64,000 nt of DNA from positions 288,001 to 352,000 of the forward strand of contig CAVWIP010000010.1 in assembly GCA_963755125.1 (NCBI GenBank). Reading direction: 5' to 3'. The position numbers and the translations under genes are program-made. This DNA is from an uncultured delta proteobacterium (GTDB lineage Bacteria; Myxococcota_A; Polyangia; Fen-1088). The notes below the pieces were generated by a model that saw nothing but the letters and a program-made list of their open reading frames with translations, did no database searches and was not told the DNA's origin. Below, one piece after another: positions 44,583-53,945 of the stretch (positions within the stretch are counted from its first letter, which is position 1; each line of letters opens with the position of its first letter).

Positions 44583-45293
44583 CTAGACCTTCCGCTCCAG
44601 TGTCCTTACGCACATGCCGTCGGAAACACCGACCAGAACCTTGGCAGCCATGTCGAAGAACAGCCCGGTTTCGACGACACCGGGCGTGCGGTGCAGGCGG
44701 GCGTCTACCTCGCGCAGATCGACTTCGGGGCCAAACTTTACGTCGATGACCAGTTGGCCGTTGTCAGTCACCACCGGGCCATCCTTGTTGACACCCATGC
44801 GTAGCCGCGGCTGTCCGCCTAGACGTGTCACCACATCAGTGACGTAGCCAATGGCCGGAACGGTGACTTCGATGGGGATGGCGACGGTGAATCCCAGTCG
44901 GGGAACCAGCTTGCTCTCGTCCACGATGACCACGAACTGGCTGGCCATGCTGGCCACCAGTTTCTCCATGGTGTGGGCCGCCCCGCCACCCTTTGTGACA
45001 TTGAGTTCCGGATCGACCTCGTCCGCACCGTCGACTGCCAAGTCGATCGCCCGGCAATCCTGAGCATCGCGCAGGGGAATGCCATTCTGCTGGCACAAGA
45101 CGCGCGTCTGGAAAGAGGTGGGAACACCGGAAATGCGAAGGCCCTCCTCCCTCATCTTTCGGCCGACCTCTTCGATGAAGAAACGGGCCGTCGAACCGGT
45201 GCCCATCCCACACACCATCCCGTTGACAACGAGGCTTGCGGCGGCGCGCCCCGCCAACTGCTTGAGAGCCTCGTTGCTCTTGCTGCTCTTCAT
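44583..45293 (-). CDS. rpiA: ribose-5-phosphate isomerase A
   Basis: GMGTGST, DGADEVD, KGGGAA, VTDNG, PGVVETGLF. Confidence 0.95.
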   Translation of the reverse strand: MKSSKSNEALKQLAGRAAASLVVNGMVCGMGTGSTARFFIEEVGRKMREEGLRISGVPTSFQTRVLCQQNGIPLRDAQDCRAIDLAVDGADEVDPELNVTKGGGAAHTMEKLVASMASQFVVIVDESKLVPRLGFTVAIPIEVTVPAIGYVTDVVTRLGGQPRLRMGVNKDGPVVTDNGQLVIDVKFGPEVDLREVDARLHRTPGVVETGLFFDMAAKVLVGVSDGMCVRTLERKV

Positions 45294-45343
45294 GGGTGAG
45301 CGGGCTTATAGCGCCCCGCCCATCAAAGAGGAAGGAGGAATGG

Positions 45344-46111
45344 TTAGCCTGCGCAGCGGACGCGCAGGCCCGAAAGCTCGTCGAAGAACTTGGCCGTGGT
45401 GTCTATGCTGTTCTCCAGCGATTCCACGATCAGCGTCATGAGGCCATCGTTCTCGTGGCGAAGGACTTCGTAGTAGCGCTGCCGGTCGATGGAATGGACC
45501 ACGGCGGGCAAGTACCCGTTCTGGACAAGGAGGTAGTTGGTCAAAAGACGCGCCACCTTCCCCGAGTTGCGCGTCCAGGGATAGGCCTGGAGCAGGCGGA
45601 ACTGAATCTTCACACCTTGCACGATGGGGTGCATGCGGGAGAACTCCGCTGACTCCAACCATTCCGTGAGCTTGCGCATCTTGTACCCGATCTTCTCGGG
45701 TGGCGTGATCTCATGGTAGTAGAGTCGGTGGAGTGGGTTTTCCTTGCGATATGGACATCCCTTGGGTACCGCGTCGGGCGTGACCATGGCGTAGAGCTTG
45801 CGTATGAACTCCAGATCCAGGTCGGGGGCTTTCTTCGACCGCGCGGTTTCTCGGATGAAGTCGACTGCCAGCTTGTGGTTCTTCACCTCTTCGTACATCG
45901 GGATGAGAGACACGTCGCTGATGATCCGCTGGTCGATGGCGGCCTTCAGCTCCGAGTAGGACAGCACCACCCCTTCCAGGGCGTTGTCATGGAAGATCCA
46001 TGAGACGTCGAGCTTGCTCTCGTAGTCCCTCTTCAACTTGTCCGGGAAGCCTCCGACCTTCGCGCGGAGCGCGTCCATCTTGGCGTCAAGCTCGAACAAC
46101 CTAGCTTCCAT
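45344..46111 (-). CDS. Fic-domain protein with non-canonical active site
   Basis: WIFHDNALEG, EVKNH, HPI, and YPWTRNSGKVARLL in place of HPFxDGNGRxxR. AAGGAG RBS precedes ATG 46111. Confidence 0.75.
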   Translation of the reverse strand: MEARLFELDAKMDALRAKVGGFPDKLKRDYESKLDVSWIFHDNALEGVVLSYSELKAAIDQRIISDVSLIPMYEEVKNHKLAVDFIRETARSKKAPDLDLEFIRKLYAMVTPDAVPKGCPYRKENPLHRLYYHEITPPEKIGYKMRKLTEWLESAEFSRMHPIVQGVKIQFRLLQAYPWTRNSGKVARLLTNYLLVQNGYLPAVVHSIDRQRYYEVLRHENDGLMTLIVESLENSIDTTAKFFDELSGLRVRCAG

Positions 46112-46336
46112 TGACAACCGCTCCTTCTCCTGGCTCGTGCCTTGACTACGCCTTATCGCCCAAAAGAGTCCTTTAGTCAAGCATGGTTAGCGGATTTGCC
46201 CCAATAACTTGCTGTGATTTAGGATACATAACTCAATGACAACATAATCTGCCTCGATATCGAGCATGACCCGGGCTAGTCATCTCGCCAGTCAGCAATA
46301 TGCCCGCAATTATTGGGGAAATCTTGGTCTCAAAAC

Positions 46337-46364
46337 TTGACATGGGGATCGGTGGCGGGATGAT
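46337..46364 (+). promoter_or_regulatory. candidate sigma70 promoter of dcw cluster
   Basis: Perfect TTGACA at 46337 in an AT-richer intergenic region; the -10 (GATGAT) is weak. Confidence 0.35.
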
Positions 46365-46480
46365 TGGACGCGTCTCAAAGCCATTGCATCAACGCACGAG
46401 CGCTCCACTGTATTCCACTGACTCAACTAGTCACATATGCTTCGTGACGCATTGATCCTGCTGGCGCGCTCAAGAAGACG

Positions 46481-47407
46481 ATGAGCCGACCCGCCCCTGA
46501 CGCTCCGCACCTCCCAGTCCTCCTTGAGGAGGCCTTGAGCTTTCTGTGTCCAAGGGACTCGGGCCAGTACTGCGACGCCACTGTGGGCGTTGGCGGCCAT
46601 TCTCGCGCGATCATCGAGCGCTCAACTCCTCACGGTCGACTCATCGGAATCGATCGCGACGCTGAGGTACTCAAGCTGGCGAGCGAGAACTTGGCGTCTT
46701 ATGGTGACCGCGTCCGATTGGTCCACGCTCCCTTCTCGCAGATTCGTTCGGTGCTGGAGCAAGCGGCCGCTCTTCCGCTCGATGGATGCATAGCTGACCT
46801 GGGCGTCTCCTCGGTTCAACTCGATCAGCCAGAACGCGGTTTCTCGTTCCGCCGATCCGGCCCCCTGGACATGCGCATGGATCGTTCGCAGGGCGAAACA
46901 GCAGGCGACCTTCTGGGACGTGTGGACGAGGAAGAACTGGCGCGCCTCCTGCATGACCTAGGAGAAGAGCGGTTCGCTCGCAGGATCGCAGGTGCCGTGA
47001 CCCGTGCGCGCGAGAATGGTGAACTGACCACCACGGGAGCCCTTGCCGGCCTAGTGGCTCGCTCGGTTCCTGGTCGAGAGTCACACAAGGATCCCGCGAC
47101 TCGGGTCTTCCAGGCCTTGCGAATCGCCGTCAACGACGAATTGGGCGAGTTGGATCGCTTCCTGCAGGATGTGCCCGGCTGTCTGCGGCCAGGTGGCCGC
47201 TTGGTGGTCATTGCCTTCCACTCGCTGGAGGACCGCATGGTCAAGCGCAGCTTCAGGGCGCTGGCATCAAGGGACGCGGCCGAGCCTGGTGCTCCGCGCT
47301 TCCGCATCCTGACCAAACATGTGGTCAGAGCCTCTGAAAGCGAGGTCGCGCGCAATCCCCGCGCCCGTTCCGCGAAGCTGCGCGCAGCAGAAAGGCTTCC
47401 TTCGTGA
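46481..47407 (+). CDS. rsmH: 16S rRNA m4C1402 methyltransferase
   Basis: HLPVLL, DATVGVGGHS, DLGVSS, LDMRM, FQALRIAVN, FHSLEDR, NPRARSAKLR. Confidence 0.96.
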   Translation: MSRPAPDAPHLPVLLEEALSFLCPRDSGQYCDATVGVGGHSRAIIERSTPHGRLIGIDRDAEVLKLASENLASYGDRVRLVHAPFSQIRSVLEQAAALPLDGCIADLGVSSVQLDQPERGFSFRRSGPLDMRMDRSQGETAGDLLGRVDEEELARLLHDLGEERFARRIAGAVTRARENGELTTTGALAGLVARSVPGRESHKDPATRVFQALRIAVNDELGELDRFLQDVPGCLRPGGRLVVIAFHSLEDRMVKRSFRALASRDAAEPGAPRFRILTKHVVRASESEVARNPRARSAKLRAAERLPS

Positions 47408-47769
47408 AATCGCATCTTCCGCCCTGCGCTTCGACCGAGGCGGCACCTCCCATTCTGGATCCTGGTCGGCGCAGACAGCGCGCGAGCCTGGCGGTGATCA
47501 GCTTCGTGATTCTGGGACTGAGTCTTGGCGCCCTCGGCCATGTGGCGGTGCATGCCAAACGTTTGGAAGTCGCGCTGGCGCTCGGTGATGCGGAGCGCGT
47601 TCATCGCGAACTGGCTGAGCAAAGGCGTCGGCTGGAGATCGAGATCGGGATGTTGAAGGATCCAGGCCGTGTGATCGCCATCGCGCGGGACCAGTTGCTC
47701 ATGCGGCCAGCCGCGCCGGAGAACATCCGGCAGATAGGAACCACGGCGCCCGGGAAAGGAATGCACTGA
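47404..47769 (+). CDS. ftsL: cell division protein FtsL
   Basis: Single TM plus coiled coil, LKDPGRV..IAR, located between rsmH and ftsI. Confidence 0.8.
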   Translation: MKSHLPPCASTEAAPPILDPGRRRQRASLAVISFVILGLSLGALGHVAVHAKRLEVALALGDAERVHRELAEQRRRLEIEIGMLKDPGRVIAIARDQLLMRPAAPENIRQIGTTAPGKGMH

Positions 47770-47772
47770 GGC

Positions 47773-49863
47773 ATGCCGACCCGCTGGACACGCGTGCGCA
47801 TCGTCTCGTGCGGGCTGGTGCTGCTCGGGCTCGCGTCTCTGGTGGGCCGCCGCGCTCTCCAACTCCAGGTTCACGAAGCCGTGCAGCTTCGGGAATGGGC
47901 TGAAAACAACTACCTGCGTGAGGTCGAGATCGCTCCCCGCCGAGGCCGCATTCTGGACCGACGCGGGGCCGAACTCGCCTCGACGACGGATCTGGACTCG
48001 ATATTCTGCAACCCGCGCCAAATCGCCTTCGTACCCGACGCGGTTCCCCGGCTGGCCAAGGCGGTGAACCTGGACCCGCGGGAACTCGACAAGATGTTGT
48101 CGACGCGGAAGTCACAGTACTTCGCCTGGGTCAAACGGCGGGTATCGCCGCAAGAGAGCGCGGCGGCGCTAGCTCTGGGCTTGCCAGGGGTCAGTGTGCG
48201 CAAAGAGCCGCGCCGCGTGTATCTCAACGGCGAGCTGGCCTCGACCGTGATTGGCCACGCGGGCCTGGATGGCCGTGGACTGGAGGGGGTGGAGCTGGAG
48301 TACGACGAATCCCTGCGAGGCAGCGGGATGGAAGTCACCGGCATACGCGATCGGCTCGGCCGGGACTTGCTCATGGAGGGCACCGTCGACGCGTCGGCCA
48401 ACGCGGGCAAGGATCTGGTGCTGACCCTGGACAAGTACCTGACCTACTTGACCGAGCGGGCTCTTGAGGAAGCAGTCAGCAAGCACGGCGCCAAGGCGGC
48501 CACGTCGGTCATGATCGATCCGCGCACGGGCGAGATCCTGGCCATGGCCAGCGTGCCTGGCTACAACCCAAACAATCCCTCGGACGCAGCAGAGCGGGGC
48601 GCGCGCAACCGGGCCATCGCGGACGCCTACGAGCCGGGATCCATCATGAAGACGGTGACCTTCTCTGCTGCGTTCGACGCAGGCAAGCTGAGGCCGGAGG
48701 ACCGCTTCGACTGTCAGATGGGGCAGATGCAGGTTGGCAAGTACCACATCCGCGACGACCACCCCAAGGGTGTGCTGACCGCAGCCGAGGTCTTCAAGTA
48801 TTCGAGCAACATCGGCACCGTGAAAATTGCCCGCCGCGTCGGCAAGGAAACCCTGGCCCGCATGATCGACCGGCTGGGCTTCGGTCGACCCACCGGGGTG
48901 GGCCTGCCAGGCGAGCGACGAGGGACGGTACGGCCGGTCTCGCGCTGGGGCGAGATTGAACTGGCCACGCAGGCCTTTGGCCAGGGTCTGACCGTCACCC
49001 CGCTGCAGATGGCGACCGCGTACGCGGCCATAGCGTCGGGCGGCGTTTATCACCCGCCCAGGCTGGCAACTCGCTTGGTCAGCTCCGACGGCCACAGTGA
49101 GCCGGTGCCCCTGCCCCCAGGCGCACGCGCTGAAACGCGCGTGCTGTCCGAAAGCACGGCGCGCACCATGCTGACCATCATGCAAGGCGTGACCGAAGAC
49201 GGGACGGCCAAGCTGGCCGCGATCCCCGGCTATCCCGTGGCGGGCAAGACCGGCACCGCTCAGAAGGTCAGCAACGGCCGTTACGATCCCAGCAAGTACC
49301 TGGCCGCCTTCGTCGGTATCGTGCCGGCCGACAACCCGCGTGTGGTCATTGCGGTCATGGTCGACGAGCCCCACGGCGTACACTACGGCGGCCTGGTCGC
49401 CGCTCCGGTATTCAAGGAGATCGCCGAGGCAACCCTGCGCTACCTCGGCGTGCCGCCATCGACCTCGCTGGTCGCGAGCGTCGCCCGGCCCGGCAAGAAC
49501 ATCGACGCAAAGAACGAACCGACTCAACATCGCGAGGCCGACACCAGCGAGATGGAAGGTCCGGGTGTTGACGAGCCCGTCGCGTCGGTGGGCGACGCCC
49601 AGGACGAGGATGCGCCAGAGGTCGCCTCGATCGATGAGCAGTCCGACGCTGCGACCAACGGGCAAGTTGCAGCCGATCGCAAACTCGACGCCGCCATTCC
49701 GGATTTTGTCGGCATGACCTTGGGCCAAGCCGTCCGAGCCGCGCGGCGCGCGGGCATCGAGCTTGTTCCCGAGGGAAGTGGCATCGCGGCCACGCAAATT
49801 CCTGCGCCCGGCCCCGGGCTGCGGGGCACGCCCTGTCGGGTTTCGTTCCGAAGCGGAGGATGA
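47773..49863 (+). CDS. ftsI: penicillin-binding protein 3 with C-terminal PASTA domain
   Basis: RGRILDR, EPGSIMK (SxxK), SSN, KTGT, IPDFVGMT. Confidence 0.93.
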   Translation: MPTRWTRVRIVSCGLVLLGLASLVGRRALQLQVHEAVQLREWAENNYLREVEIAPRRGRILDRRGAELASTTDLDSIFCNPRQIAFVPDAVPRLAKAVNLDPRELDKMLSTRKSQYFAWVKRRVSPQESAAALALGLPGVSVRKEPRRVYLNGELASTVIGHAGLDGRGLEGVELEYDESLRGSGMEVTGIRDRLGRDLLMEGTVDASANAGKDLVLTLDKYLTYLTERALEEAVSKHGAKAATSVMIDPRTGEILAMASVPGYNPNNPSDAAERGARNRAIADAYEPGSIMKTVTFSAAFDAGKLRPEDRFDCQMGQMQVGKYHIRDDHPKGVLTAAEVFKYSSNIGTVKIARRVGKETLARMIDRLGFGRPTGVGLPGERRGTVRPVSRWGEIELATQAFGQGLTVTPLQMATAYAAIASGGVYHPPRLATRLVSSDGHSEPVPLPPGARAETRVLSESTARTMLTIMQGVTEDGTAKLAAIPGYPVAGKTGTAQKVSNGRYDPSKYLAAFVGIVPADNPRVVIAVMVDEPHGVHYGGLVAAPVFKEIAEATLRYLGVPPSTSLVASVARPGKNIDAKNEPTQHREADTSEMEGPGVDEPVASVGDAQDEDAPEVASIDEQSDAATNGQVAADRKLDAAIPDFVGMTLGQAVRAARRAGIELVPEGSGIAATQIPAPGPGLRGTPCRVSFRSGG

Positions 49864-49866
49864 ACC

Positions 49867-51405
49867 TTGCTGCGCCTGTCGGATCTGTTACAGGGAATAT
49901 CGGGCACGCGCATCACGACGGGTGACGGGCAAGTCTTGATCTGCGAAGTGCGCGACGACTCCCGTCTGGTGCAGCCAGGGGATCTCTTCATCGCGGTCCC
50001 GGGAACCAGGCTCGATGGCCGGCGCTTCATTGACGAGGCGAAGGCCAAGGGAGCAGCGGCCATTCTCACCGAGGAGGGCGGCGCCTCGCCCGATGGCGCA
50101 ACCGCGCTGGTGTTCGTGCCCAACGTCCGGCTCGCGCTGGGCGTGGTGGCCGCCCATCGCTACCAGGCGGCGCAGGCTCTGACCCTCACCGCCGTGACCG
50201 GCACCAACGGCAAGACCACCACCACCTACCTGATAGAAGCGATCCTGGCTGCGGCCAGCCGCCGCCCCGGTGTCATCGGAACCGTAGGCTACCGTTTTGC
50301 CGGCAAGACGCAGGAAGCGCCGCTCACCACACCCGGCGCCCTGCAACTCCACTCTCTCTTCGCCCAGATGAAAGACGCGGGCTGCTCTGACGTGGTGCTG
50401 GAAGCGTCGTCCATCGCCCTCGATCAGGGGCGGCTGCACGGCTGCCGCTTTCGCGTGGCTGGCCTGTCCAACATCACCCAGGACCACCTCGACTACCACG
50501 GCACCATGGAACGTTACCGGGCCGCCAAGGCGATTCTCTTCCGAGAGTTGTTGTCATCAGCGGGCGGGGTCGCGGTGCTGTTTGCCGACGACCAAGACGG
50601 GCTTGCCATGCGCCGCGAAGTCCGCAGCCCCGTGCTGACCCTGACTCGACAGCCGTGCGGCGCCGACGTCGCCGTGCTCGATCGCCGGCTGGGCGCCGAG
50701 GGGACCACCCTGCGGCTCGACACCCCTTCGGGGCCGCTCGCGATCGCCTCACCACTGGTGGGCGAGTTCAACCTGGCCAACATCCTGTTGGCCACCGGTA
50801 TGGCACTTGCCCACGGCATCGACCGCGATGCCATCACCACCGGCATCAGCCGCGTGGGTGGAGTTCCGGGCCGCCTAGAGCGCGTCACCAACCCGGCGGG
50901 CGTCCTGTGCCTAGTCGACTACGCGCACACGCCGGACGCGCTGGAACGGGCGCTCGATGTCTTGCGTCCACTGAGCACAGGCCGCGTGCTGGTCGTGTTC
51001 GGGTGTGGCGGCGACCGCGACAAGAGCAAACGGCCGCGCATGGGCCAGGCCGCCGCCGAGCGCGCCGATGTGGTCGTGGTCACATCCGACAACCCGCGCA
51101 CCGAAGACCCGACCACCATCCTTGACATGATTGTGGCTGGCGTGGAAAAGACCGGCATCGTGCGCCGGACAGCTTCCGAGCTGCGCCAAGGCCTGTCGGG
51201 TTTCCACGTGGAGCCGGATCGCCGCGCGGCCATCGGCCTGGCCGTGGCCCTCGCGCGGCCAGGCGACACCTTGCTGATTGCCGGCAAGGGCCACGAGGAC
51301 TACCAGATCCTGGGCACCCAGAAGATTCACTTCGATGACCGCGAAGTCGCCGCGGCTGCTTTCGCAGCCCGCGCCAGCCGCGTGACTCCTGGAGGTGCCG
51401 CGTGA
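49867..51405 (+). CDS. murE: UDP-MurNAc-tripeptide synthetase (mDAP-type)
   Basis: TGTNGKTT, DHLDYH, DYAHTPD, DNPR, AGKGHE. Confidence 0.95.
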   Translation: MLRLSDLLQGISGTRITTGDGQVLICEVRDDSRLVQPGDLFIAVPGTRLDGRRFIDEAKAKGAAAILTEEGGASPDGATALVFVPNVRLALGVVAAHRYQAAQALTLTAVTGTNGKTTTTYLIEAILAAASRRPGVIGTVGYRFAGKTQEAPLTTPGALQLHSLFAQMKDAGCSDVVLEASSIALDQGRLHGCRFRVAGLSNITQDHLDYHGTMERYRAAKAILFRELLSSAGGVAVLFADDQDGLAMRREVRSPVLTLTRQPCGADVAVLDRRLGAEGTTLRLDTPSGPLAIASPLVGEFNLANILLATGMALAHGIDRDAITTGISRVGGVPGRLERVTNPAGVLCLVDYAHTPDALERALDVLRPLSTGRVLVVFGCGGDRDKSKRPRMGQAAAERADVVVVTSDNPRTEDPTTILDMIVAGVEKTGIVRRTASELRQGLSGFHVEPDRRAAIGLAVALARPGDTLLIAGKGHEDYQILGTQKIHFDDREVAAAAFAARASRVTPGGAA

Positions 51406-52826
51406 CGAAACCAGCGAAGCGAACCCTGGCGTTCGCCTGCAAGGCCATGGGAGCGACGGTTGTGGGAACGCCCACCGCACTGGCGACGGCCCGATTCGCC
51501 GGAGCCGCCAGCGACAGCCGCGAGGTGAAACCCGGTCGCCTCTTCTTTGCCCTGCCCGGCGAGCGGGTGGACGGCTTCGATTTCTGCGGGGCTGCGGCCC
51601 AGGCCGGGGCGGCTGCGGTGGTGGTGGCTGATGGACGGGGCCGGCCGGCCGGCTGCAGCGGGATTCCAGTCATCGCCGTGGCTGACCCGCGCAAGGCGCT
51701 GGGCGACTTGGCGGCAGCCGCGCGCAAACAGTACCGGGGCCGCGTGGTGGGCGTCACCGGTTCCAACGGGAAAACCACGACCAAGGAACTCATCGCAGCG
51801 GCACTTTCGTCCGCGGGCCAGGTCCTGCGCACCCAGGGCAACCTGAACACCGACGTGGGATTGCCCCTGACGGTGCTGGAGGCCACGGCCAAGGAGGATT
51901 TCTGGGTGCTGGAAATGGCCATGCGGGCGCCGGGCGAGATTGCGTACCTGGCTCGCATCGCCGAACCGCATGTCGCGGTGGTGACCAACGTGGCGGCCGC
52001 GCACCTGGGCCGGCTGGGCTCACTCGACGCGGTGGCGCGCGCCAAGGGTGAAATCTTTGGTGGCCTCTCCCCTGACGGAATTGCCGTGCTGCCGGTCGAC
52101 GAACCCCGCCTCGAACCCGAGGTCGCTGAGTTGCCCGAGGCGCGCAAGCGACGTTTCGGCTTCGCCGACGCAGCGTCCGCGCGCGCCTTCGTGAGGATCA
52201 TGGAGTTTATCCCGGCCGGCGCAGCGGGCTCGCTGATCCGCCTGTCGGTCGGGTGCGAACCGGTGGTGGTGCGTCTGCCTTTGGCGGGCGAGCACAACGC
52301 GCGCAACGCTGCCGCGGCGCTGGCCGTTTCACACGCGCTCGGGGTTCCGCTCTTGCCGGCGGCCGCGGCCCTGCAGCGCGCGACCCTTCCGCCGCACAGG
52401 TCGCATGTGCTCTCGTTGAATGGACGCACGGTTCTGGACGATTGCTACAACGCCAATCCGACGTCGATGTCTGCCGCGCTGCACACCCTGGTGGCGTCGG
52501 CAGGCCGCTTCGGTCGAGCCTTCGCCATCCTGGGCGACATGCTGGAACTAGGCGAGGCCGCCGCGGATCTGCACCAGGCCATCGGCCAAGACGCGGTCCG
52601 GATCGGCGTGGCTGGTCTGGCGGTGCTGGGATCGCTCGGCGCCAAGATAGCCGAAGGCGCCACCGCGGCCGGCCTGCCCGCCAGCCGCGCCGTGGTCTGC
52701 GACGATCCGGAAGCAGCCGCACAAGCCGTGTCCACCTGGTCTGGGCCGGGCGACTGGATCTTGGTGAAAGCCTCGCGTGGCATGCGTCTCGAACGTGCGG
52801 TAGAGGCCTTGCGAAAGAAGTTCTAG
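51402..52826 (+). CDS. murF: UDP-MurNAc-pentapeptide synthetase
   Basis: TGSNGKTTTKE, DCYNANP, GDMLELG, VKASRG. Confidence 0.95.
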   Translation: MTKPAKRTLAFACKAMGATVVGTPTALATARFAGAASDSREVKPGRLFFALPGERVDGFDFCGAAAQAGAAAVVVADGRGRPAGCSGIPVIAVADPRKALGDLAAAARKQYRGRVVGVTGSNGKTTTKELIAAALSSAGQVLRTQGNLNTDVGLPLTVLEATAKEDFWVLEMAMRAPGEIAYLARIAEPHVAVVTNVAAAHLGRLGSLDAVARAKGEIFGGLSPDGIAVLPVDEPRLEPEVAELPEARKRRFGFADAASARAFVRIMEFIPAGAAGSLIRLSVGCEPVVVRLPLAGEHNARNAAAALAVSHALGVPLLPAAAALQRATLPPHRSHVLSLNGRTVLDDCYNANPTSMSAALHTLVASAGRFGRAFAILGDMLELGEAAADLHQAIGQDAVRIGVAGLAVLGSLGAKIAEGATAAGLPASRAVVCDDPEAAAQAVSTWSGPGDWILVKASRGMRLERAVEALRKKF

Positions 52827-52829
52827 TTC

Positions 52830-53945
52830 ATGTTGTTTCATCTTTTTGCGCAGCTCCGCAGCAGTTTTGGGTTTCTCAACGTCTTTCGCTACGTCTCCTC
52901 GCGGACCATGTTGGCGACCATGACCTCGCTGCTCATCACCTTCGCGTTGGCGCCCTGGTTCATTCGCCGCGCCCGCGAGCGACAACTGGGCGAAATCATC
53001 CGCGACGACGGCCCCACCACTCATGCGGTCAAGCAGGGCACCCCGACCATGGGCGGCGCCCTCATCATCATGGCTCTGGTCACCGGGACGGTGCTGTGGT
53101 GCGATCTCACCAGCCCGCTGGTGTGGCCGGCGCTGTTCGTGACCGTGGGCTACGGCGCGCTGGGCTTCGTCGACGACTACCTGAAGATCACGAGGAAGAA
53201 CAAGCGCGGGGTGCCCGGCAAACTCAAGCTGCTGGTCCAGTTCGTGGTGGGGGCGGTGGCGGTGGGCTGGTTGTTCTTTGGCGATGCCCTGGACCCGTCG
53301 GTGCGACAGCGACTGGCGGTTCCGCTGCTCAACTTCGAGCGCCATCCTCTGGAAATTCCGGCGCTCGCCTACGCCGCGTTCGGGCTGGTCGTGATCGTGA
53401 TGGGTACCTCCAACGCGGTCAACTTGACCGACGGGCTCGACGGACTGGCCATCGGCCCGGTGATCGCGTGCGCTTTCACTTTCATGTTGTTGAGCTACGC
53501 CGCCGGCCAGACCCTGGCGGGTTTCAACATCGCCCACTACCTGGGTATGGCCCATGTGCGCGGCGCCGGCGAGCTCACGGTCTTCTGCGGGGCCATCGTG
53601 GGCGCCGGCATCGGATTTCTCTGGTACAATACGCATCCAGCGCAGGTCTTCATGGGCGACGTGGGTGCACTGGCTCTGGGAGGCGCCATCGGCTTCGTGG
53701 CGTTGGCGACCAAAACCGAGCTTTCCCTCCCCATCATCGCCGGTGTCTTCGTGGTGGAAGTGCTCTCCGACGTCATCCAGGTCGGCTACTACAAGATCAC
53801 CAAGAAGCGCATCTTCCTGATGGCGCCCATCCATCACCATTTCGAGAAGATGGGCTGGCCCGAGTCGCGCATCGTGGTCCGCTTCTGGATCGTCTCCTTC
53901 TCTTGCGCGGTGCTGGGGCTGCTGCTCACACTGAAGGTTCGCTGA
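52830..53945 (+). CDS. mraY: phospho-MurNAc-pentapeptide translocase
   Basis: GTPTMGG, GFVDDY, NAVNLTDGLDGL, FMGDVG, MAPIHHHFE. Confidence 0.96.
   Translation: MLFHLFAQLRSSFGFLNVFRYVSSRTMLATMTSLLITFALAPWFIRRARERQLGEIIRDDGPTTHAVKQGTPTMGGALIIMALVTGTVLWCDLTSPLVWPALFVTVGYGALGFVDDYLKITRKNKRGVPGKLKLLVQFVVGAVAVGWLFFGDALDPSVRQRLAVPLLNFERHPLEIPALAYAAFGLVVIVMGTSNAVNLTDGLDGLAIGPVIACAFTFMLLSYAAGQTLAGFNIAHYLGMAHVRGAGELTVFCGAIVGAGIGFLWYNTHPAQVFMGDVGALALGGAIGFVALATKTELSLPIIAGVFVVEVLSDVIQVGYYKITKKRIFLMAPIHHHFEKMGWPESRIVVRFWIVSFSCAVLGLLLTLKVR

Noticed and set aside
46310..46362. TGGGG/GTGG repeats as possible MraZ boxes
   Set aside because: Spacing is irregular and such G-runs are common at this GC content; no mraZ nearby.
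52253..53944. Apparent 1030-aa MurD fusion
   Set aside because: The upstream part is an off-frame overlap with murF/mraY; MurD starts at 53945.
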